A DNA stretch of 63,402 nt, the filler included, from Octopus bimaculoides (Eukaryota): the NCBI RefSeq assembly GCF_001194135.2. It is 6 parts of 6 records of this genome, joined end to end, with 100 filler letters (N's around TTAATTAATTAA, not from the genome) between each part and the next. Parts side by side here need not be neighbours in the genome. Positions count along the whole stretch, not along the records: positions 44,241 to 61,301 come from NC_068999.1; positions 61,402 to 63,402 come from NC_068982.1; 4 more parts are not named here. The stretch is one strand, 5' to 3'. The number at the start of each line of letters is the position of its first letter. Within the stretch, counting starts at the first letter, position 1. A model generated the notes under the pieces. That model saw only the letters and a program-made list of their open reading frames with translations. It was not told where the DNA came from and did not search any database. Position numbers and translations under genes: made by a program. This document shows positions 52,005 to 63,402 of this stretch, one piece after another.

Positions 52005-52127
52005 TGTATATATATAATTCATAAAAGAATATAAGTACAAAAATCACGTTAATGATTTTTATCACATAGTCCGGTTCTCATTCTTTGGGTATTTTTTTAA
52101 TGTTATTATTATTATTATTAATATTAT

Positions 52128-52300
52128 TCAGGTCACTGCCTGGAATCGAACTCGGAATCTTGGAGTTAGTAGCCCGCACTCATAGAATAAGTACCAGACT
52201 TCAAAAACATAATACGGAGTGTGGTCGATACATTTTCGACTAAACCCTTCAAGGCAGTGTTCCAGCCTGGCCGTAGTCTAATGGCTGAAACGTGTAACAG
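52128..52300. mobile_element. tRNA-SINE head (-) abutting a SINE family C tail (+)
   Basis: 52128-52180 matches 44712-44760; 52183-52300 matches the family C 3' end. Confidence 0.7.
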
Positions 52301-52959
52301 ACACATGACATGCATTCGCAAAACAAAAATTCTCGAATGTGTGTCTCGCCAATCGTTCAACAAACCTTACTATAACGTGATTACATCCAAACTTAGTTCT
52401 TTCATTACGCTTTGATTTTGCTTTTTTGCTTACTTTTTTTTTTATATTTTTCAGTTTCTCCTCCTGACTTACACTCCATTTTCTACACTCTCCCTCCCTT
52501 TTCTCTCTCTCTCTCTCTCTTTCATCTGTCCTATTCCTCTATCTTTCCTATGTTATACAATACACTGATTTCATCAAAAATACACGTCTTATCTTCGTAT
52601 TATTACATCGACCAAATGATATCACTGGATACCTGATAGCAACCAAAAATATCGATTCGTCCGCCCCTCCTCCTCCTNNNNNNNNNNCCCCGTGCATGGG
52701 GGAAAAAAGAAAAAGTAAACAAAGAAATTCGTCACCCGCCTATCGAACCCCTGTGACGTCACGACATTCGTTCAATGTTGATAAGAGATATCTGATCCAA
52801 CATTACAGTTATCAATTTGTGTGATATGTGAGACTGCCGGCTCTTACTCACTGCTGCTGCTGCTACTACTACTACTACTACCACCACCACCATCATTAAT
52901 ACTATTACTACTACTACCATGACGACGACATCGACAACTGCTGCAACTACGACGATGAT

Positions 52960-52997
<38 letters not shown>

Positions 52998-54599
52998 TTA
53001 TTATTACTTCGAGGGAGACTGGATGTGGCAGCTTGACCTTCAAGAAATAGATGCCAAATACTCCTTAAATTACACTCTCGAGTCGTTTTATTTCTTTTCT
53101 TTTTCTTTTTAATATGGATGCTTTTGGATAACGCAGTACCGAGTTCTTAGCACGTAGGAAGGAGATGGAGGGGTGGTCACTGCGGGGTTGTCTTTGATTA
53201 TGTGTGTTTGGTAAGGACTGACCAGGTTTCAAGACAACGACAGCAACAACAACAAGTACTACTACTACTACTACTACTACTGCGAGCGAAGGTGGATGCT
53301 TCTACGTGATCGCTTTGACCTGCTAGAAATAGAAGCTAAATCCCTTCCATATCACACAACCCTTGCATCTTTAAAAAGAACCCTTTCGGAGAATGCATTC
53401 TAGGTTCTCTGTATTTACTACAAAAGACAGAATTGTCACGACTGGAAGGTCTTTCACCATTATAGATTTGCTCGGTCACAGAGTTACCACTCGGGTGAAA
53501 CAGCAACAACAACAACGGGAACGATACAATGCCAGATTTAAATGGGCCCTTGTGTTGGTGATGAATGTCCCCTGGGGTCCCTTCTCTTCCCTCACGCACC
53601 CACTTCTTGTAATCTGCTCATCAACAACGTCGTTATTACAGACATCTGTTGCCTTTCTTTCTCTTTCTTATCTGGACGCCATTTTAGTTTGACAAAAACA
53701 TTATTTACATAAATCAACAGGACAACAACAACAAAAATAACAACAACAATGACCCAAATACGCAACACCTGTTACTGCTGTTGGCGCAGTTGATGTCGTC
53801 ATTGTTGTTGTTGTTGTTGAAGATGATGATGATGATGATACTGTTATTGTTGTTGCGGTGATGGTGGTGGTGGTGTCGTTTTTCTTGTCATTCTTCTTGT
53901 TGATATTGCTATTGTTGTTTTGTTGTCGTTGTTCTTGTTATTGCTGTTGTATTTGTCGTCGTCGTCGTCGTCGTCGTCATCGTTGTTTTCGTTTCGAATC
54001 TTATCTTAGGTTTGGGACAAAAATTATCACCGAAGCATATAAACACAAGGGAAAAGAGACAAACCTTTATGATCAACATCTGTAAAACTTCATACTCACC
54101 AGCATCAAAAGGCCCAGGAATTGTCAGTGTGACTTCGCCAATTCTCTATCTTTAGCTCTTTGCTTACAAATAAATAATTTCAACTTTTAAAAAATAAATA
54201 TTTTCTTTTTCGCTTTTTTTTCTGTAAAAAAATCTTTTCTTTTGCGTTTTATCTCTAAAAGAAACTACAATATGACAGAATGAATCTACCCCCAGGGTCC
54301 TTTCTCCATACTAAATACAAATAACATAAGATCTAATATATGTAATATAGTAACTCGAGGAAAACGTTGATCAGTTGAGATTATCCAAGCTATTAATTAA
54401 GAGAAACTCCCTCTAGGGAATATTTATAAGTCTTTGAATAATATGAGTTAACTCCAACAAGATCAGTTGGTTAAACTGTTGAATAAATTGGATCTGATTC
54501 TTTAAAAGTGTCTTGAAATTCCAGATGGAACTTCAGAACGAATGTTAACGTTGGCACAATATATCTCCGCCATTTGTAGCAGACCTAAGCTGGCTTTAC

Positions 54600-54945
54600 A
54601 ACCACGATGTTATAGGTTCAGTCCCACTACGTCTTCTACTATAACCCACGGGCGAGCGATCCCTTGTGAGCGAATCTAGTGGACGGAAACTGTATGGAAT
54701 CCCATCATATATGTGTGCGTTTTAGTGTCTTTATGTGTGCGTCTGTCCACCTACGCCACTTGATGCCAGTGCTAGTTTGTCTACGTCTCCTTAACTTAGC
54801 GGTCCAGCAAAAATGGGATCGATAAACTAAGAACCACGTTTAAAAAAATAAGTACTGGGGTCGAGTTATTCGACCAAATCCTTGAAGGTGATGCCCCAGA
54901 ATGGCCGTATGCCAATGGCTGAAGCAAATGGAAGACAAAAGAGGT
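54600..54945 (+). mobile_element. Diverged near full-length SINE family C
   Basis: ggttcagtcccactac, ggacggaaactg, aacttagcggtcc, ctggggtcgagttattcgac, gccccagaatggccg. Confidence 0.75.
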
Positions 54946-55124
54946 TTGGAGCGCTACACAAAATGGTGGACAGTCTGGAGAGAGGAACCAAGAAATGCGC
55001 TCAGCGTCTAAAAACAGCAAGAATGAAACAATAGCAAACACTATTCATATTATATGTATATATAAATACAGAAAAGCAAAAGACGAAGACAGGTGAATAA
55101 ACAACAAGCAGGTGTATTATTTTT

Positions 55125-55222
55125 GACGCTCGGGAAGGTGAGAAAGTCTTTTACATTTCGAGCCTACGCTCTTCAACAGAAAAGAACACGAGGAAATAAA
55201 CAGAGAGAGAATATATGGATGT
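55125..55222 (-). repeat. Dispersed PLE-terminus-like repeat (copy of 121-200)
   Basis: Minus: ctgttgaagagcgtaggctcgaaatgtaaaagactttctc. Confidence 0.65.
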
Positions 55223-55626
55223 ATGTATGTATGTATGTATTAGAGAACNNNNNNNNNNNNNNNNNNNNNNNNNNNNNNNNNNNNNNNNNNNNNNNNNNNN
55301 NNNNNNNNNNNNNNNNNNNNNNNNNNNNNNNNNNNNNNNNNNNNNNNNNNNNNNNNNNNNNNNNNNNNNNNNNNNNNNNNNNNNNNNNNNNNNNNNNNNN
55401 NNNNNNNNNNNNNNNNNNNNNNNNNNNNNNNNNNNNNNNNNNNNNNNNNNNNNNNNNNNNNNNNNNNNNNNNNNNNNNNNNNNNNNNNNNNNNNNNNNNN
55501 NNNNNNNNNNNNNNNNNNNNNNNNNNNNNNNNNNNNNNNNNNNNNNNNNNNNNNNNNNNNNNNNNNNNNNNNNNNNNNNNNNNNNNNNNNNATACAATGT
55601 GTATGTGAATTATATGTGTACATATA

Positions 55627-55680
<54 letters not shown>

Positions 55681-57047
55681 GATACTAAGTTTGGTAATAT
55701 TTCTTCAATTCTTCTTGTACTTGTTATGGCGAACTTCTTTGATAAGAAAAATAATGATGTGTTTCTTGTCATCGAAAGTTAGTTATGTTCTTATCTCTGC
55801 AACCCAGAGACTCTTTCTGCTACCAGACTCTCCGCTTCAGCAGAAGTTTGTTTTTTATTCCCTTCTTTATAGGTACTGACCAATTCTTCATCGAGATGAA
55901 TGAAGCTCAGATATATTTGAATATATATATATATATATGTGTATATATACGTATGTGTGTATATAAATATATATATATATACATATATGGTGGTGTATGT
56001 ATAAGTGTAAATGTAGATATGTAGATAGGTAGGTAGGTAGGTAGGTAGGTAGGTAGGTAGGTAGGTATGAATAAAGGGTTGGTTAATGATTAATGGTTAA
56101 TGGAAAATTTAATCTTCTTTTCGAATTCTTTTTTAAAATAAGGAGGATGAAGATGTGATATGTTTCTTACTCTTTTCTATGTTTTTTTTTTCAGCAATTT
56201 TTTTCCTGCTTTTTTTCCGTTTCCTATCATGAAGTGACAGGAATTCTTCCCTTTCTTGGAAGGTGACAAATGTTTAATTCTTTTAGTGGTTGGGAGCAAT
56301 CAAGCTTGAAATAAGGGCCTTTCTTCCTTCTAATTACAGAAAAAAAAATATCCGAAATGAAGGCACATTATAATAAAACTAAAATTTGCTCACAAATCTT
56401 CACTGAATGTTGAAGGGAAACGAAAGAAGCTGACAAAAACAAAATGCACAGGAGGGAAAAGGGAAAAGAAAAAGAAAAAGGGTTAAAAAAACGAAAACCT
56501 AGGAAGAACATTCTCGTCAAATTGCCACACCCTCTAAATGAGATCACGTGACCTGTTAATTACATAAGAACAAGAATCCTTAATTACAAAATAGCGATGA
56601 ATTTTGTGGTTCATTTTTTTCCCCTTTTCTTGGGTTTTATTTTGCTTTGAGGGATTTCAAGAATTCAGCAGGTGTTTTTCCTGTGGTATATATCGTTGTG
56701 GAAGGCATATACGGGTGAAAGTGCGTATGCGTGTATCTGGGTGTATGTATGCACCTTTGTGTGTGTATGTGTATGCGTATATTGTGTATGTCTATGTACA
56801 CATAGAGTATGAACATACAATGTCGACGTGTCTGCGATTGCGTGTATCAAAATACATAACAGAAGAGCATACACACGCATATACACACACACACACATAT
56901 GTATGGTGGTGGTGGTGTTATATGAGAGTACTTGACATATACAATTTGCCAACGTCTAATATATGTATCTGAATGTATGTGACTGTGTGTCCCTGCACGT
57001 GCGTATGTATGCGAGTGTGTTTATATATGTGTGTATTCACACAACAC

Positions 57048-57098
<51 letters not shown>

Positions 57099-58561
57099 NN
57101 NNNNNNNNNNNNNNNNNNNNNNNNNNNNNNNNNNNNNNNNNNNNNNNNNNNNNNNNNNNNNNNNNNNNNNNNNNNNNNNNNNNNNNNNNNNNNNNNNNNN
57201 NNNNNNNNNNNNNNNNNNNNNNNNNNNNNNNNNNNNNNNNNNNNNNNNNNNNNNNNNNNNNNNNNNNNNNNNNNNNNNNNNNNNNNNNNNNNNNNNNNNN
57301 NNNNNNNNNNNNNNNNNNNNNNNNNNNNNNNNNNNNNNNNNNNNNNNNNNNNNNNNNNNNNNNNNNNNNNNNNNNNNNNNNNNNNNNNNNNNNNNNNNNN
57401 NNNNNNNNNNNNNNNNNNNNNNNNNNNNNNNNNNNNNNNNNNNNNNNNNNNNNNNNNNNNNNNNNNNNNNNNNNNNNNNNNNNNNNNNNNNNNNNNNNNN
57501 NNNNNNNNNNNNNNNNNNNNNNNNNNNNNNNNNNNNNNNNNNNNNNNNNNNNNNNNNNNNNNNNNNNNNNNNNNNNNNNNNNNNNNNNNNNNNNNNNNNN
57601 NNNNNNNNNNNNNNNNNNNNNNNNNNNNNNNNNNNNNNNNNNNNNNNNNNNNNNNNNNNNNNNNNNNNNNNNNNNNNNNNNNNNNNNNNNNNNNNNNNNN
57701 NNNNNNNNNNNNNNNNNNNNNNNNNNNNNNNNNNNNNNNNNNNNNNNNNNNNNNNNNNNNNNNNNNNNNNNNNNNNNNNNNNNNNNNNNNNNNNNNNNNN
57801 NNNNNNNNNNNNNNNNNNNNNNNNNNNNNNNNNNNNNNNNNNNNNNNNNNNNNNNNNNNNNNNNNNNNNNNNNNNNNNNNNNNNNNNNNNNNNNNNNNNN
57901 NNNNNNNNNNNNNNNNNNNNNNNNNNNNNNNNNNNNNNNNNNNNNNNNNNNNNNNNNNNNNNNNNNNNNNNNNNNNNNNNNNNNNNNNNNNNNNNNNNNN
58001 NNNNNNNNNNATATATATAGGCATACACACACATATATAATCATACATAAACATATACATATTTATACATATATACGTGTATCTATGGATATATACATAT
58101 GCTTACGTATGTGTGTATGTATGTATGTATGTATGTATGTATGTATGTATGTATGTATTAAATAAAGCATTATCAGATTGTGTCAAATTTGTTAAAACTG
58201 TTTCAAAAAGCCAGTGCAATGTAAGAAATTGAAACAAAAGGAGAAAACAACACACAGAAAACACAAAAGAAAACCAAGAGTTTCACTTTTACATTTCAAT
58301 ATTTCGAAGTGAAAATGCGTTTATCAAAAGAAAAGAAGATAAAAGAAGAAAGGGTGATGGTGAAGAACTGCAACATTTCGCCCTGGTTTATCAGCTCTTC
58401 ATCGACAACAACAACAACAACAACAATAACGTGATTCTATTTTTTCTTGACAAAAGTGTTATAAATCTTTGTCTAACGTCGTTTCAGTTTTTACTCTTTT
58501 ACTTCCGATTGTATATTTTGATGCGTTCCCGACGCTATCTTAACAGTTCTAAATCATATAT

Positions 58562-58697
58562 ATGGCACAAGGCCAGCAATTTCGGAAGGAGGCAGGTAAG
58601 TCGGTTACATCAATCACAATTCTCAGCTGGAAACTTATTTTATCGACCCCGAAAAGATAAAAGGCAAAGTCGATCTCGACGGGATTTGAACTCAAAA
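58562..58697 (-). mobile_element. SINE family A, 3' part (ggccttgtgcc tail)
   Basis: gagttcaaatcccgtcgagatcgactttgcct..ggggtcgataaaataag. Confidence 0.8.
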
Positions 58698-59312
58698 GAA
58701 GTTATATATAATCTTATAAATTATATTGATTATATATTATATATAATCTTATAAACTGAATTCTAGACATGAAATAAGTTTTAAATGCTTACACGAACAA
58801 CGTTCTCTTTTTAAAAAAATTAAATGATAGAATGATTTAATTTGTATAATTTAAATAAGCTTTTTCTCTAAACATTACTATAATTACTATAATAACAGAC
58901 GCCTGTAAAGAATATAAGAATAAAATTCAGTTTATAAGATTACAGATGATATAACCTAAAAACACTTTAAAACAATAATAATATGTTAGAATACAACTGA
59001 CTACTTCTTTTAATAACCACGTGCTTCTTACTGCCTAGTAATTATCTACGTGGCTATGAAGTATGTAGAATCAATCAAAAATAAGTATTTAATAAATAAC
59101 CATTCCCCACCAAGTCAAAAACATTTGCCAACTTCAACAAATACTGCTGCTGCTTCTGCTAAATTTTACCCATAAAATCAGTTGAGAAAAACATCTCATG
59201 AAAGAATGTTATGGATTACTACTAATACCAAGCCTAATTCAAGCTAAAAGCGGCGGAAAATTCCTCTTCGAACAATGCCATACTTATATCGTTGATTTGA
59301 TTGGATTTGATA

Positions 59313-59386
59313 TGCCCTGAAGAGATCGTACAAATAATGCATAAATCGCTGTAATATAGTTAGTGCGCTCGAAACAGGTGTCGGAA
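59313..59386 (+). ncRNA. Type I hammerhead ribozyme, nearly intact
   Basis: TGCC-CTGAAGA-GATCGTAC-(31 nt)-GTGCGCTC-GAAA-CAGGT-GTC-GGAA; core complete, one mismatch each in stems I and II. Confidence 0.7.
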
Positions 59387-60811
59387 AATTATTGTGAATA
59401 AACGAACTGGAAATAAACATAAAGATTGAATGTTCAAATTCTTCATTCTTCTTATTGTCCATACTATACTTTACAGTCTAAGTAGTAAAGAAATAGACTG
59501 TAAATTCTTCAAGGCTGGTGCCCCAGCAAGGCCGCAGTCTGATAACCGACACAAGTAAAAGATGTGTATATATATACATATATATATGGATACGGACATA
59601 CACACACACAAACGTGTATGTATATAAAGATATATATAAATATATACATATACTTTATACTTATCTGTGTGTTGGTATGTGTCTGCGTGTCATTCCACCA
59701 ATTTCTGATACAATTCTCCATTCCTAATACTTTTGTGTGTCTTTCAAATTTTTCCACATTGTTTCGTGGTTTCACCATTCCAAGATGGCAGTCATATCTG
59801 ATTTGTATGTTCTTTGTCTTTCTTCGTTTTTCCGGGTTTTTTTTTTTTTTTGTTCTACTACCAGTTTTGGTTCCCGTTTTCTCCTCCCAACCCAATAATT
59901 ATCCTCGACGGACCTGCAACAGCAGATGTTTCCCATCACTTGGAAAGAATTAAAACCACTTCAATGATNNNNNNNNNNTATATATATATACATACATATA
60001 TATATATGCACGTACGTATGCATCTATACATTTATATGTAAGTATATGTATGTACGTTCTGCTGCCTGTGCATATGAACGTATGCATGAGTGTATTTATA
60101 TATGTAGGTATATGTATGTGTGTATGTGTGTGTGTGTGTTTATTTTAAGCGTGTTTTTTTTCTGTATGTTGTTGTATGTCTGTGTACGCGTATGTATAAC
60201 GTGTTTATGTATCTGTGTTTGCTTGCTTATGTGTAACATTTCATGTGTATATATTGTTAATACATGTATATATATTTCCTCATATAACTTGTGTGTGTAC
60301 ATACATATNNNNNNNNNNNNNNNNNNNNNNNNNNNNNNNNNNNNNNNNNNNNNNNNNNNNNNNNNNNNNNNNNNNNNNNNNNNNNNNNNNNNNNNNNNNN
60401 NNNNNNNNNNNNNNNNNNNNNNNNNNNNNNNNNNNNNNNNNNNNNNNNNNNNNNNNNNNNNNNNNNNNNNNNNNNNNNNNNNNNNNNNNNNNNNNNNNNN
60501 NNNNNNNNNNNNNNNNNNNNNNNNNNNNNNNNNNNNNNNNNNNNNNNNNNNNNNNNNNNNNNNNNNNNNNNNNNNNNNNNNNNNNNNNNNNNNNNNNNNN
60601 NNNNNNNNNNNNNNNNNNNNNNNNNNNNNNNNNNNNNNNNNNNNNNNNNNNNNNNNNNNNNNNNNNNNNNNNNNNNNNNNNNNNNNNNNNNNNNNNNNNN
60701 NNNNNNNNNNNNNNNNNNNNNNNNNNNNNNNNNNNNNNNNNNNNNNNNNATATATATATATATATATACATATATATGTATACATATATATGTGTATATG
60801 TGTGTATACAA

Positions 60812-61180
60812 GGTTGCGGGTTCATTTCCACTGTGTGGCACCTTGGGCAAGTGTCTTTTACTATAGGTTTAAGCCGATCAAAGCCTTGTTAGTGGATTTG
60901 GTGGACGGAAACTGAAAAAGCCCGTCGTATATATGTATATATATGTATGTCAGTGTATATGTTTGTGTGTCTGTGTTTGTCCCCCCAACATCGCTTGACA
61001 ACCGATGGTAATGTGTTTACGTCCCCGTAACTTAGCGGTTCGGCAAAAGAGACCGATAGAATAAGTACTCAGCTTACAAAGAATAAGTCCTGGGGTCGAT
61101 TTGCTCAACTAAAAAGCGGTGCTCCAGCATGGCCGCAGTCAAATGACTGAAACAAGTAAAAGAGTAAAAGAGTAAAAGAA
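60812..61180 (+). mobile_element. SINE family C, best-preserved copy
   Basis: Core, internal (TA/TG)n, 3' domain and tail (GTAAAAGA)x3. Confidence 0.9.
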
Positions 61181-61459
61181 TATATATATATTTGTTTTGC
61201 AAGATTTTTTATGTGAAATCGTGTGTTGAAACAGATGTTGTTGTACTTAGGGATGGTCATATTGCCAGTTTAGCCAATAAAAACACACGCACTGTATATT
61301 TNNNNNNNNNNNNNNNNNNNNNNNNNNNNNNNNNNNNNNNNNNNNTTAATTAATTAANNNNNNNNNNNNNNNNNNNNNNNNNNNNNNNNNNNNNNNNNNN
61401 NATAATATATATATATATATATAATATATATATATATATAATATATATATATATATATA

Positions 61460-61490
<31 letters not shown>

Positions 61491-62054
61491 ATATATATAT
61501 ATACACATATATATATGTATCTGCATGTGTATGTATGTAAATATACACCTACCCACTTATATGTATACATGTATATATACACCCCACCCCACACATATAT
61601 ATACATATGTATATATATAACCACTTCTTAACAAATATAGTAAATACATTGCTAAATTAATATTTATTTATCAAGTAAGCTTTTCAAATAACTCTGGACT
61701 AATTCTATATTTTCAGGATCCCTTTTATTCATAATTCTACACCATTTCAGCTCCATGCATATTCTCCCCATTTATTTTGTCTTATTCCTGTTTTTACATT
61801 TACAGACCTGCATTTATTACAAACATAAAATAATCACACATCCATTATGCATTGAAATAAACAGCCTGAAGTGAATGGTCTCTGTGTATATTCTTGTACA
61901 ATCATTGATTTGTATTGATAGCACCAAATATGCACATAATTATATCAACTTGCAATTAGACATGAGTGCATGCGTATATCTTCCTTACGCATTCCAAAAA
62001 TATGTATCTCCCTATTTTGATATGCAACTACTTAACTACACACACACACACACA

Positions 62055-62351
62055 CACATATGAACATGTAGACACTCACACAGACACACACACACACACA
62101 CACACAAACATGGATATGTAGACATTCACACAGACACATACACTCACAAACATGCATATGTAGACACACACACGCACACACACACACAAACATGAACATG
62201 TAGACACTCACAGACACACACACACACAAACATGAACATGTAGACACACACACACTCAAACATGCATATGTAGACACACACACACACACACACAAACATG
62301 AACGTGTAGACACTCACACAGACATACACACACACAAACATGAACATGTAG

Positions 62352-62385
<34 letters not shown>

Positions 62386-62635
62386 ACAAACATGCATATG
62401 TAGACACTCACACGCATACACACATGAACATGTAGACATTCACACAGACACACGCACACAAACATGAACATGTAGACACACGGACATGTAGACACACAGA
62501 CACATACAAATATGAACATGTAGACATGGACACACACACACACACACATGAACATGTAGGCACTCAGACAGGCACAAATATGAACATGTAGACACACACA
62601 CACACACACAAACATGGACATGTAGACACTCACAC
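62055..62635. repeat. Minisatellite of (CA)n-AACATG(A/G/C)ACATGTAGA units
   Basis: More than a dozen catgtaga-anchored units with variable CA spacers. Confidence 0.95.
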
Positions 62636-62737
62636 ACACCTGCGCATATTTGATGGGCTTCAGTACAGTTACCCTCTACCGAATTTACTCACAAGTCGTT
62701 GGTAATATATATATATATATATAAACAGATGGATGGA

Positions 62738-62970
62738 CAAGGTTGGCCAAAAGTCACCTGACAGTAAGTCAGAACCATTTAATTCCAAGATTTATTTATG
62801 TTTAACAACTGAATGAATTTAATTAAAGCATCTAAATATGAAACATCATGAAAATTGTTCAAACTGAAGTCCTTCTTCAGTGACACATTTTTCCATTTGA
62901 ATCAAAACAGAATTACAGATAGTATTTATAGAATTTTGATTTACTGTCGGGTGACTTTTGGCCAAACCTG
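62738..62970. mobile_element. Tc1/mariner-type MITE with 30-bp TIRs
   Basis: caaggttggccaaaagtcacctgacagtaa versus the reverse complement of ttactgtcgggtgacttttggccaaacctg; TA follows the right end. Confidence 0.88.
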
Positions 62971-63010
<40 letters not shown>

Positions 63011-63039
63011 AAGGAGCAATATATATACATAGTATATAT

Positions 63040-63368
63040 TTATAAATTCAGGACCAGGTACTACAGTAGTCTAGGGTTCAAAGGCCCACAGCTCTTCAAT
63101 GCCCTGTCGTTAAAATTAAGAAATCTGCATAAAGTGGAAATAGATGTCTTCAAAATGGAACTACACATTCTCCTCTAAACAATACCAGATGAACCAACAG
63201 CCCAACATGAAGTGCAGATGAGGGCAACGGAATCAAACTCCCTTATACACCAAATGTACCAACAGGCACATAAAGGAGTGGTGATGTGAAACACCCAGAC
63301 TGAGGAAGTCAGAAAGACCATGGTAATGCTCCAGCATGACCGCAGCTACATGGCTGAAATGAGTAAAA
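63040..63368 (+). mobile_element. CR1/L2-like LINE 3' end
   Basis: SLGFKGPQLFNALSLKLRNLHKVEIDVFKMELHILL*TIPDEP..RATESNSLIHQ; 3' tail atgctccagcatgaccgcagctacatggctgaaatgagtaaaa. Confidence 0.75.
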
Positions 63369-63402
63369 TTATAAGAGAATCTGTATATATATATATATAT
63401 AT

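Noticed and set aside
56918-58165. ORFs of 300-400 aa across N gaps (also 6.9, 8.5, 20, 33, 55 and 60 kb)
   Set aside because: They consist of X residues plus dinucleotide-repeat peptides.
58373-58404. Minus-strand GATGAAGA..CGAAATGT motif
   Set aside because: Core and stem II are too degenerate to call.
59880-59968. Peptide NPIIILDGPAT resembling an ABC Walker B motif
   Set aside because: Lacks the catalytic glutamate and D-loop, no convincing splice context, and ends at a gap; likely chance.

Overview
AT-rich eukaryotic DNA, saturated with microsatellites and fragmented by N-gaps. The repeat content suggests an octopod cephalopod (Octopus-like) draft assembly; this is an inference. No host protein-coding gene could be recognised, and almost all tracked ORFs are read-throughs of microsatellites or gaps. 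The window is a transposon graveyard. It holds about 25 tRNA-derived SINE copies in three or four families, Penelope-like elements (PLEs), CR1/L2-like, RTE and R4/Dong-like LINE 3' ends, a near full-length dead mariner, a Tc1 remnant, a Tc1-type MITE and Helitron termini. The most interesting signals are: (1) a set of type I hammerhead ribozyme motifs of several sequence types. One looks fully intact (minus strand, 4831-4915) inside a PLE flanked by ~260-bp inverted repeats, a relative at 59313-59386 is nearly intact, and several are decayed. (2) A TSD-flanked 1.1-kb retroelement encoding only an L1/Tx1-type zinc-knuckle ORF1 with no ORF2 (HAL1-like). (3) A 3' tail shared between a CR1/L2-like LINE and one SINE family. 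All calls come from reading the sequence by eye; no searches or folding were run.
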